From: Candidatus Woesearchaeota archaeon
GTDB taxonomy: Archaea; Nanobdellota; Nanobdellia; Pacearchaeales; GW2011-AR1
NCBI GenBank assembly: GCA_964651965.1
Contig: CAZYZS010000006.1
Span: forward strand, 42 to 64,041
DNA length: 64,000 nt
Direction: 5' to 3'
Shown here in pieces: positions 26,761 to 34,971 of the stretch (within the stretch, counting starts at the first letter, position 1; the number at the start of each line of letters is the position of its first letter). The notes beneath the pieces are model-generated. The model had not been told where the DNA came from. It was given only the letters and a program-made list of their open reading frames with translations, and searched no databases. Made by a program: the position numbers and the translations under genes.

Positions 26761-27900
26761 TTACTTCAAGTCAAGCCTGTCTTTGGTGATATTAACTATC
26801 TGCTGAGCAATATGCCTGTAATCTAAGTTGTCTAGAACGTGTCTTCTTGCTTGCTTGCCTAGTTTTTCTCTTAGTTGGTCATCTGTTAACAGCTGAAGAG
26901 TGTATTTCCTTAAATCTTCTATATCTGCCCGGTAAGCTAGGGTTTTTGGAGTATCAAACTTTATTTTCTTTTTTTCTTTGAAGCCCATCCAAGGGTAAAT
27001 CCATTCGCTCTTTAGCTGTATCTCTTGAGCCACTTTAGCCAAGAAGCCTGTCTTTCCGTGAATTATAGTCTCTCCTGGCCCCATTTTGTCTATGGATACT
27101 ACCGGCTTTCCGCACGCCATTGCCTCTACTTGCACCATTCCGTAGCCCTCCAGCCTTGAAGGGGCTGCATAGACATCTGAAGCGTTTAACAAATCAGCCA
27201 TGAATTCAGGAGAAAATTCATCATCAATAAAAATTATTTTGTCTCCTATGCCCAGCTCGTCTGCAAGTTGTATTTCAGTGTCTCTCCAGCCATCTGCGCA
27301 CTCACTTGGCCAGGATTTGCAGACGTACTTCCAATCTTTGAACTCTTCATCTATCTGTGCCAATGCCCTAATCATTTCTTGAGCTCCTTTGGATGTGACA
27401 TCTCCACCAACTGTAAGTATCATCTTTTCCTTGTCTTTCACACCAATCATGTCTCTTACTGCCTTTCTTAATCTCTCATCTTTTTTTGGATAAAATTCAT
27501 CTGTGTCAACTCCGATGTGCATTGGGACAATCTTATCTACATCGATTCCATCTCTTTTGTAGACACTTTTCACCCAATCGCTGGTTGTGAACATAAGCTT
27601 AAGCTTGTTGAACTCTTTCTGGTAATTTGCGACCCATCCATCAGAATTAAACCATGGCACTGGAGTGACCCCATGTTTCATCGGCTCTATAACAATGTCT
27701 GGAACGTTTCCCCAGAATCCGATTCCATAAGAAACATCTGGCTTTATATGTTTGAGGTAGAATTCTTTCTGAATGCTCTCTTTAAAATGACAAGGCATCG
27801 CCTGTTCATTGGCATTCAATATCCCCTTGTAAAGCAAATGCCCCTGCAGACTTTGTCCGTCAGGTTCAGGGGGGTAAGCATAAAGCACTAAGCACTTCAT
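26761..27900 (-). CDS. GT4-family glycosyltransferase
   Basis: PSRLEGYGMVQVEAMACGKPVV (E-x7-E region), GT-B length. Confidence 0.85.
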   Translation of the reverse strand: MKCLVLYAYPPEPDGQSLQGHLLYKGILNANEQAMPCHFKESIQKEFYLKHIKPDVSYGIGFWGNVPDIVIEPMKHGVTPVPWFNSDGWVANYQKEFNKLKLMFTTSDWVKSVYKRDGIDVDKIVPMHIGVDTDEFYPKKDERLRKAVRDMIGVKDKEKMILTVGGDVTSKGAQEMIRALAQIDEEFKDWKYVCKSWPSECADGWRDTEIQLADELGIGDKIIFIDDEFSPEFMADLLNASDVYAAPSRLEGYGMVQVEAMACGKPVVSIDKMGPGETIIHGKTGFLAKVAQEIQLKSEWIYPWMGFKEKKKIKFDTPKTLAYRADIEDLRKYTLQLLTDDQLREKLGKQARRHVLDNLDYRHIAQQIVNITKDRLDLK

Positions 27901-28508
27901 ATTTTTTTATACTTTTTAAAAGCTTCTGTTCCTCTTGAACAGTTCACCTCAAAGCTTTTCCCGTCGAATCCGTAAAAACCTTTGATGAGCTCTTTTTTTC
28001 TTACTAAATGAACATCTCTTAAGTTTATAAACTTATCTGAAATTTTGTTTGCGCAGCAGAGCGCTCTCTTTTTTCTATAGTCAAAAAAAAGTAATTTTTC
28101 CGTCGACAATTCATTATTGCTCACCATTTCAACAACTGTGCGGTGGACTTCCTTGTGTCTTATGTGCCCATACTCCCCATTTTCTCCATGAGTGAAGACG
28201 CGGTTGTACTTCTTGTGCCTCACAATTTTTTTTACCCTTTTTTTAATATCCTCCGTCGAGACCTCTTTAAAATATCCATTTTCGCTGTCATCTAGATCCG
28301 AAATGAAGCAAGTTGCGTTGTAGAATTTGCAGACCTTTTTGAATTTTGGCATTCTATCTTTGTCATTTTTTCTGCAGAGGCTGATGATTGTAACATCCCA
28401 TTTGTCTTTGTTAGCAAGAAGCGTTCCGCCCATCCAAATAGTCTCATCATCGGGGTGCGCTACAATAACCAAAACTTTTTTCTTTTTTATGTTTTTCATA
28501 CTGAGCAA
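27897..28508 (-). CDS. PIG-L/LmbE-family N-acetylglucosaminyl deacetylase
   Basis: VLVIVAHPDDETIWMGG plus downstream His motif GHIRHKEVH. The stop overlaps the GT4 start by 4 nt. Confidence 0.85.
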   Translation of the reverse strand: MLSMKNIKKKKVLVIVAHPDDETIWMGGTLLANKDKWDVTIISLCRKNDKDRMPKFKKVCKFYNATCFISDLDDSENGYFKEVSTEDIKKRVKKIVRHKKYNRVFTHGENGEYGHIRHKEVHRTVVEMVSNNELSTEKLLFFDYRKKRALCCANKISDKFINLRDVHLVRKKELIKGFYGFDGKSFEVNCSRGTEAFKKYKKI

Positions 28509-28562
28509 AAGGTTTTTAACTAATTAAATCTTTCTTTATGCATCAAAAAAGAGGAATCAAAA

Positions 28563-28820
28563 ATGGGAAAGATAACTACAGGAGGAATTGTTACAACTTC
28601 TATAATCAGCGCGTTCACAATAGCTGCTGCTTTGATATGGAAAGATGTTATAGATGGCGTGATAAAACTTATTTTTCCTGCAGACCAGCTTCTACTCAAG
28701 TTTATTGCAGCTATCTTAGCTACCATTCTGGTTGTTGTATTCATCTATATTATACTAATGGCTGAATCTGAGACTAAAATTGTTTTGAGAAAATTTAAAT
28801 TGGGCAAGAGGAAAAAATGA
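28563..28820 (+). CDS. small two-TM membrane protein with basic tail (85 aa)
   Basis: AAGAGGA SD upstream; two helices; tail RKFKLGKRKK. ATGA overlap with the pfkB-family start; the tail codons AAGAGGAAA are the SD of the next gene. Confidence 0.5.
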   Translation: MGKITTGGIVTTSIISAFTIAAALIWKDVIDGVIKLIFPADQLLLKFIAAILATILVVVFIYIILMAESETKIVLRKFKLGKRKK

Positions 28821-29734
28821 AATTTGATGTTGTAACCTTTGGTTCTGCAGTTAAGGATGTTTTTGTAGTAACTGATTTAGCTGACAGGGGAAAGTTCATT
28901 GCTTATCCTATTGGAGCCAAGATTCTTATTAAAGAGCTAAGATATGACATCGGTGGAGGGGGAACAAACACCGCAGTTGCATTTTCTAGACTGGGGCTTA
29001 AGACCGGATTCATTGGTAAGGTTGGAAAGGACGGGACCGGGTATGAAATTTTAGATATGCTTAAGAGAGAAAATGTGAAATTCCTTGGCAAGATGGAGAA
29101 AAAAGGGCTTACTGGATTTTCTATTATCCTAGACAGCCAGGAGAACGATAGGACGATTTTAACTTATAAAGGCATTAATGATACAATTAGCATGAGAGAC
29201 ATAAAGTTAAGAAAATTAAAAACTAAATGGCTATATCTTTCTTCTTTGCTTGGGGAGAGTCTTGAAACTCAAATTACCCTTGCGAGAGCGTTAAAAAAAC
29301 GCGGCGTTAAAATAGTATTTAATCCGAGTTCTTATCTTACCGAGAGAAAAGAGTTAATAGAGCACTTATTGATGGTTTCTGATATACTCGTTCTGAATAA
29401 AGAAGAGTCGCAAATGCTTACAAGCAGAAGGGATCTGCTTAAGGGGCTGCATGACCTGACTGGCGGGATTGTTGTAATAACCGACAGGGATAAAAAAATT
29501 TCTGCATTTGATGGAGCAAGAAAATATTATTTAGCGCCTAATAAGATAAAAGTTAGAGAAAGGACGGGGGCTGGAGACGCTTTTGCTTCAGGTTTTGTTG
29601 CAGGGCAGATAGTTGGAATGAATATGGAGGAAAGTCTAAAACTGGGGTTAAGGGAGTCTGAATCAGTTATAAAATATTTTGGAGCTAAAAATAACCTTTT
29701 AAGGATAAACCTCCGTGAAGTTTGGAAGGGTTAA
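28817..29734 (+). CDS. PfkB/ribokinase-family sugar (phosphate) kinase
   Basis: GGGGTNTA, C-terminal TGAGDAFASGF. Position just upstream of fba suggests a phosphofructokinase-like role (inference). Confidence 0.85.
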   Translation: MKFDVVTFGSAVKDVFVVTDLADRGKFIAYPIGAKILIKELRYDIGGGGTNTAVAFSRLGLKTGFIGKVGKDGTGYEILDMLKRENVKFLGKMEKKGLTGFSIILDSQENDRTILTYKGINDTISMRDIKLRKLKTKWLYLSSLLGESLETQITLARALKKRGVKIVFNPSSYLTERKELIEHLLMVSDILVLNKEESQMLTSRRDLLKGLHDLTGGIVVITDRDKKISAFDGARKYYLAPNKIKVRERTGAGDAFASGFVAGQIVGMNMEESLKLGLRESESVIKYFGAKNNLLRINLREVWKG

Positions 29735-29782
29735 ATTTATAAAAGGCGTTTTGCTTGATAGTTCATAAAAGAGGAAAAAAGA

Positions 29783-30538
29783 ATGAAGCGAGTCAATTTA
29801 AAAGATATAACGCGCCAAGGCAAAGCAATTTTCTTGGCTTATGACCAGGGCTTAGAGCACGGTCCGAGCGATTTTAACGATAGAAATGTTGATCCTCTGT
29901 ATATAATTGACTTGGCTAAAAGAGGGGGATTTACTTCTCTTGTTCTTCAAAAAGGAATTGTTGAAAAGTATATAGAGGAGATAAGAAAATCCGGTGTGCC
30001 TTTGCTAATGAAGCTCAATGGCAAGACTGATTTGTTTAGGGGAGACCCTATTTCAAGCCAGATATGCACTGTCAAAGAGGCTATTGACTTTGGAGCAAAA
30101 GCAGTAGGGTTTACAATCTATATTGGCAGCCAGCATGAAGGGAAGATGATTGAGCAATTCGAAGCAATTGAAAGAGAGGCTCACGCTAAGGGCCTGCCGG
30201 TTATAGCCTGGATTTATGCAAGAGGTAGCTCAGTAAGAGTAAGGTCGAGCAGCGAACTTATGGCTTATGCCACTAGAACTGGTTTGGAGACTGGAGCAGA
30301 CATTGTCAAGATCAAGTACGATGGGGATGCAAAAGGGCTTAAATGGGCAATAAAATCTGCTGGCAGGACAAAAGTAGTAATCGCTGGTGGGATGAAAAAA
30401 GATGAAGGCCTATTCTTAACCCAAGTTAAAGAGATTATGGATGCAGGAGCAATTGGGCTTGCTGTTGGCAGAAATATATGGCAGCATAAAGATCCTATGT
30501 TGATTACAAGAAAGGTAAAGAAGATGTTATGGGGTTAG
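29783..30538 (+). CDS. fba: class I (archaeal DhnA/FbaB-type) fructose-bisphosphate aldolase
   Basis: 251 aa TIM barrel: FLAYDQGLEHGP, LMKLNGKT, ADIVKIKY (Schiff-base Lys region), VIAGG, AVGRNIWQ. Confidence 0.8.
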   Translation: MKRVNLKDITRQGKAIFLAYDQGLEHGPSDFNDRNVDPLYIIDLAKRGGFTSLVLQKGIVEKYIEEIRKSGVPLLMKLNGKTDLFRGDPISSQICTVKEAIDFGAKAVGFTIYIGSQHEGKMIEQFEAIEREAHAKGLPVIAWIYARGSSVRVRSSSELMAYATRTGLETGADIVKIKYDGDAKGLKWAIKSAGRTKVVIAGGMKKDEGLFLTQVKEIMDAGAIGLAVGRNIWQHKDPMLITRKVKKMLWG

Positions 30539-30539
30539 A

Positions 30540-30764
30540 ATGGAGAACCTCTTCTTGTTAAACTGGAAGAAATTTTTATTATTGGTTCTGTTTTTTATCA
30601 TAACCTCCTTGATATATATAGCTATGAGCTCTTTGAGGGATACAGAAGAATCTGGATTCTTATTATTTGCCTTGATACTTATTCCTGTGTATTTTGCAGT
30701 TGCTATATTCTACTCTTTAGTTTACATTATAATTAGGAAAAGAAAAGGAAAAGAGCCAGAATAG
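30540..30764 (+). CDS. small two-TM hairpin membrane protein with basic tail (74 aa)
   Basis: Starts 1 nt after the fba stop; two helices; tail RKRKGKEPE. Confidence 0.5.
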   Translation: MENLFLLNWKKFLLLVLFFIITSLIYIAMSSLRDTEESGFLLFALILIPVYFAVAIFYSLVYIIIRKRKGKEPE

Positions 30765-30767
30765 AAA

Positions 30768-31403
30768 ATGAACCGAAAATTTATTATGCTTGCCTCTATT
30801 TGCGGTATAATTGCCCCAATACTTTCTTTTGGATTGATAATCCTTTTTGGCTATCTTACTCCAGGTTACAATCCCATTTCAGACTTTATAAGCAGTATTT
30901 GGAGTGTTGGTAGCAGATTTCAATGGGCTTCATTGGCATTCCTTGTTTTGGCGGGAGCCTTATTCATGATTTTTTCCATAGGCCTTTATTTGGCAATTGA
31001 TGAGGATAAATTCTCTAACTACAATTTTATTTTGCTTACTGTATTTTCATTTAGCTTAATATTTTTAGGAATTTTTCCTTGTGAATCTACCTACTGCAAT
31101 GCACAGGGATTCACCCTTCACTTATTTTTCACTATGATCGCATGTGCATCCTTGGGCTTTTCCCCTCTTTTATTATTTTTTGTTACCTATAAAGATAAAA
31201 AATGGAAAAACTTTGAAAAAAATAATCTAGTATTCTTCTTCTCGTCTGTTTTTTTCCTGGCACTCTATGGTCTTTTTTACGATGAATATAAGGGATTTTT
31301 TCAAAGGGCCTATTTTTTTATTTGTTTTTTATGGGTTGAGAGAGTGAGCATAAAATTATTTAAACTATCTATGACTAGTAAAAACATAAAAAAGAGGAAA
31401 TAA
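30768..31403 (+). CDS. DUF998-like polytopic membrane protein
   Basis: 211 aa, ~6 TM, TPGYNPISDFIS motif. The tail KNIKKRK encodes the SD for tpiA. Confidence 0.55.
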   Translation: MNRKFIMLASICGIIAPILSFGLIILFGYLTPGYNPISDFISSIWSVGSRFQWASLAFLVLAGALFMIFSIGLYLAIDEDKFSNYNFILLTVFSFSLIFLGIFPCESTYCNAQGFTLHLFFTMIACASLGFSPLLLFFVTYKDKKWKNFEKNNLVFFFSSVFFLALYGLFYDEYKGFFQRAYFFICFLWVERVSIKLFKLSMTSKNIKKRK

Positions 31404-31408
31404 GGAAG

Positions 31409-32035
31409 ATGAGACCAATAGTTATTGTTAACTTTAAGACTTATCAGCAGGGAAAGGCCGCGGTTACCTTGGCTAAAAAGCTGCAGAAAGTTGATAAGAA
31501 CATTATAGTTGGAGTAGAGGCAACTGATGTTTATGAAATTGTGAAGAAAACGAAATTAAGGGTTTATGCGCAGCATGTAGATTATTTTGAGCCTGGAAGG
31601 TATACCGGATTTATTTTACCAGAAGCTGTCAAGGAAGATGGGGCAGAAGGTACTTTCTTAAATCATTCAGAACACAGATTAAAAAGAAGAGTTATAAGAA
31701 AGACAATAAAAAGATGCAGGCGAGTTGGATTGAAAACAGCTGTTTTTGCAGTTTCGCTTAGGGAAGCAAAGAAAATAAGGAGAATGAAACCAGATTATCT
31801 TATAATTGAGCCTCCTGAGCTTGTTGCAGGGGATATTTCTGTTTCAAAGGCAAAGCCAGAGCTTATTGAAACAATAGCAAGAAAATTAAAATATCCGTTC
31901 TTGGTAGGGGCGGGAATAAAAAACAAAAATGATGTTAAAATTGCAATGAAACTAGGAGCATCTGGAATTGCAGTAAGCTCTGCAATAACAACAGCAAAAA
32001 ATCCTGGAAAAAAATTAAGAGAGCTGATAAAATAG
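31409..32035 (+). CDS. tpiA: triosephosphate isomerase (short archaeal type)
   Basis: IVIVNFKTY, LNHSEHR, IIEPPELV, GAGI; 208 aa. Confidence 0.8.
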   Translation: MRPIVIVNFKTYQQGKAAVTLAKKLQKVDKNIIVGVEATDVYEIVKKTKLRVYAQHVDYFEPGRYTGFILPEAVKEDGAEGTFLNHSEHRLKRRVIRKTIKRCRRVGLKTAVFAVSLREAKKIRRMKPDYLIIEPPELVAGDISVSKAKPELIETIARKLKYPFLVGAGIKNKNDVKIAMKLGASGIAVSSAITTAKNPGKKLRELIK

Positions 32036-32037
32036 GC

Positions 32038-32583
32038 ATGAATAACAAAAAGAAAAAACAGAGATTAGTGGTACTTCAAAAAGAGAAATGCGAACAAAAA
32101 GAGGAGAAAGAGAGCGTAGAGGAATACTTCTTCAAGTATGCTTTCCCTTGTGCGCAAGTTAAAGTGAAGCTTGGGAGCTTGAAAAAAGAAGATTATGATA
32201 AGCTTAAAGAAACTTTTCTTGCTGGAGAGTGTCCGGACAAAGAAAATTTAGAGAAGGTTTTTCCTCCGGCTTTTAGACGACTGAACAAACTGGCAGAGAG
32301 AATGAAAAAAGAGGTTTGGGATTTAGAAGTATTAAGAGAGTATTGGGAGAAAAACCATAACGAAGTAATTAATGAGGGAGAGGGGATGTATGGAACAGCT
32401 TCTGAAGGATTTAAAGAGCTATGCAAGGTTCATGAAGCGGAAGTTGTAGAAAAACATAAAGATGCTTTAATTGTCAAATACTGTGGGAAAAAAAGAGCAG
32501 TTTCTAATTTTCTTGTTCCGGATGCAGAGGTTGGAGACAAAGTAAGAATTCATTTTGCTTATGCTGTTGAGAAAGTCAAATAA
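32038..32583 (+). CDS. protein with C-terminal HypC/HybG/HupF-like domain behind a ~125-aa N-terminal extension
   Basis: The C-terminal LCKVHEAEVVEKHKDALIVKYCGKKRAVSNFLVPDAEVGDKVRIHFAYAVEKV aligns by eye to HypC (MCIGVPGQI...A.V.vCGi.R.V...LV....vGqwVLVHvGFAm). The N-terminal part is unknown. Confidence 0.55.
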   Translation: MNNKKKKQRLVVLQKEKCEQKEEKESVEEYFFKYAFPCAQVKVKLGSLKKEDYDKLKETFLAGECPDKENLEKVFPPAFRRLNKLAERMKKEVWDLEVLREYWEKNHNEVINEGEGMYGTASEGFKELCKVHEAEVVEKHKDALIVKYCGKKRAVSNFLVPDAEVGDKVRIHFAYAVEKVK

Positions 32584-33492
32584 TTATCTTCTTCTTTCGC
32601 TTTTTGTTCTTGCCACAAAATAAGTGCCAATTAGAATCAGCATGCTGCCAACTAGTTGCAATGCAAAAACTTGTTCATTAAGCCAGACAGCCCCTAGGAC
32701 TAGGGAAATTACAGGAGCGAGTAAAAGAACTGTGGAAGCTTTTGATAAATTGATGTACTTTAATCCCCAGTAGAAAGTCAAGACATAAAAAAACAACAAT
32801 ACTCCTGAGACAATTATATATAGCCATTGCTCAGAGTTCAGAGAAAATAATAGAGAGGTTTTTCCTAGAAGAAAGATTATTGCGAATAGCAACAATGCTC
32901 CAAAAAACATTCTTGAGAATGTAACAACCCAGTTGCTCTCTTTTTCTAGCATTACTTTCTTTGAGATAGTAGTCTCAATTGCCCAGAGGACAGTAGCAGA
33001 TAAAATAAGCAAATCCCCTAATTGCATATCATTCGAGATGTTTGTTAGCTCTATTAAAACTAATCCCGCAAGCATAACTGCCAATGCGATTAGTTGTTTT
33101 CTGGTTATTTTTTCTTTGAGAAATATTATAGCTAGAAGGGTTGCATATATTGGAAGAGTTTTATGAATAAAAGCCGCTCTTCCTGAAGTTGTAAGCTTTA
33201 GTCCTGAAAAGAAAAGCCAGAAAGCAATTCCCCCGCCTATAATCCCTATCAAAATCAAATAGCTCCACGATACTTTTTTGAATTTCTTGGTTTTTCCTGA
33301 AAAATATAAAGAGATAAAAAAGAAAACTATTCCTATGACTAATGCCCTCGTGGCAGTAAGGACTAATGGATCAACTGCTGTAACAAAAAATTTGTTGATG
33401 ACAACTGAAACTCCCGAGATAATTGCAGTCAATAGGATTAATAGAGTGCCTCTTATTTCACCTAAATTCTCTTTTCTTGCCTCTTTTTTCAT
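32584..33492 (-). CDS. EamA/DMT-family transporter
   Basis: 302 aa, ~10 TM, duplicated EamA-like halves. Confidence 0.8.
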   Translation of the reverse strand: MKKEARKENLGEIRGTLLILLTAIISGVSVVINKFFVTAVDPLVLTATRALVIGIVFFFISLYFSGKTKKFKKVSWSYLILIGIIGGGIAFWLFFSGLKLTTSGRAAFIHKTLPIYATLLAIIFLKEKITRKQLIALAVMLAGLVLIELTNISNDMQLGDLLILSATVLWAIETTISKKVMLEKESNWVVTFSRMFFGALLLFAIIFLLGKTSLLFSLNSEQWLYIIVSGVLLFFYVLTFYWGLKYINLSKASTVLLLAPVISLVLGAVWLNEQVFALQLVGSMLILIGTYFVARTKSERRR

Positions 33493-33542
33493 TTAATTAA
33501 TAATAAAGGAATGTTTTTAAGGTTTTCCTGCTATCTAATTGT

Positions 33543-33923
33543 ATGAGAATTTTAGTTTTTGGCAATATCTTAGAAGAAAAAGATAATTTAGCCTTGAAGC
33601 TTCTTCCCAGATTAAGAAAAGAATTTCCAAAAACTGAATTCAAGGAGTTTGACCCAAATGAAAATCTTGAAGCAGAGGTTGAAAATGGAAAGCTCTTTAT
33701 CTTGGATGTTGTTGAAGGGATAGATAAAGTTGTAATAATCAAAGATATTGAACAGCTAAAAACAGATAAGATTTATTCTATGCATGATTTTGACTTGGGA
33801 TTTAATTTAAAACTTCTTAATAAGATTGGAAAATTAAAGGAAATTGAAATTATTGGACTTCCGCAGGAGATGAATGAAGAAGAGGCGATTTTAGAGATTA
33901 AGAAGATAATTAAGTTTTTATAA
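33543..33923 (+). CDS. [NiFe]-hydrogenase maturation endopeptidase (HycI/HybD-like)
   Basis: MRILVFGNILEEKDNLA (compare VGNxxxGDDGxG), FILDVVEG (metal-ligand Asp), YSMHDFDL (ligand His); 126 aa. Confidence 0.7.
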   Translation: MRILVFGNILEEKDNLALKLLPRLRKEFPKTEFKEFDPNENLEAEVENGKLFILDVVEGIDKVVIIKDIEQLKTDKIYSMHDFDLGFNLKLLNKIGKLKEIEIIGLPQEMNEEEAILEIKKIIKFL

Positions 33924-33943
33924 TCCTTTTATCTCTAACAGCC

Positions 33944-34702
33944 ATGAAAATAATCTCGTGGAATGTGGCCGGAATTAATGCTTGTATAAAAAAAGGTTTG
34001 ATGGGATTTATAAAAAAAGAAAATGCAGATATCTATTGTTTTCAGGAAGTTAAAGCATCGCAATTAAATTTTCCAAAAGAATTGGAAAATCTTGAGGGAT
34101 ATAATAGCTACCATACTTTTGCAGTTAAGAAAGGCTATAGCGGGGTTTCTATATTCTCAAAAATTAAACCCTTGAAAGTAATAAGCGGACTTGGAAAAGA
34201 AGAATTTGATAAAGAAGGGAGGGTTTTAGCATTAGAATTTGATAAGTTTTACTTGATTAATGTGTATTTTCCTCATTCACATAGAGAATTGATTAGGTTG
34301 GATTTCAAATTAAATTTCGATAAAGAATTTTTAGAATTCTGTAATGAGTTAGAAAAAAATAAACCATTAATAATAGCATCAGACTTCAATGTTGCTCATC
34401 AGGAAATCGATTTAAAAAATCCAAAACAAAATAAAAATAATGCTGGATTCACCCAGCAAGAAAGAGAGTGGTTTGATTCTTTTCTTAAACAAGGATTTAT
34501 CGATACGTTCAGAGAATTTGATAAAGAAGGAGGGAATTATACCTGGTGGGCTTATAGAAATAAGGCCAGAGAAAGGAATATTGGATGGAGAATTGATTAT
34601 TTTATAACAAGCAGAAAATTAAGAGACGATTTAATAAAAAGCGAGATATTAAAGGAAGTTCTTGGCTCTGATCATTGTCCAATTTGTCTAGAGATAAAAT
34701 AG
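33944..34702 (+). CDS. xth: exodeoxyribonuclease III (AP endonuclease)
   Basis: MKIISWNVAGINAC, CFQEVK, SDFNVAH, WWAYR, GSDHCPI. Confidence 0.9.
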   Translation: MKIISWNVAGINACIKKGLMGFIKKENADIYCFQEVKASQLNFPKELENLEGYNSYHTFAVKKGYSGVSIFSKIKPLKVISGLGKEEFDKEGRVLALEFDKFYLINVYFPHSHRELIRLDFKLNFDKEFLEFCNELEKNKPLIIASDFNVAHQEIDLKNPKQNKNNAGFTQQEREWFDSFLKQGFIDTFREFDKEGGNYTWWAYRNKARERNIGWRIDYFITSRKLRDDLIKSEILKEVLGSDHCPICLEIK

Positions 34703-34727
34703 TTAATGCCATTAGAAAAACCTTGAG

Positions 34728-34922
34728 CTATGAATCAAAAAACCTCTGTATAAAATTTTCCTTGCATGGTTCGCTAGGCTTTTGTGAGGATGGAAAGCCA
34801 TGTTTTGTCCATTTTCCATCTTGACAAATCCAAGAATCTTCTCCGGTGGCTAATCTTGCAACTGCGAGAGCTATAATAATTAAAATTGCGATAATTATGA
34901 TTATTTTCCATGCTTTTTTCAT
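34728..34922 (-). CDS. small N-terminally anchored secreted protein with 2 Cys (64 aa)
   Basis: MKKAWKIIIIIAILIIIALAVA anchor, then WICQDGKW...EPCKENF. Last gene on the hydrogenase strand. Confidence 0.45.
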   Translation of the reverse strand: MKKAWKIIIIIAILIIIALAVARLATGEDSWICQDGKWTKHGFPSSQKPSEPCKENFIQRFFDS

Positions 34923-34971
34923 AGAAATTTAACAAAAGGGCAGTTTAAGAAGATTGTGAAGGATAAATAGT

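Noticed and set aside
28520-28765. ORFs 28520-28744 (minus) and 28538-28765 (plus)
   Set aside because: They overlap the better-supported 28563-28820 ORF, which has an AAGAGGA SD, a two-TM architecture and an ATGA coupling to the pfkB-family gene.
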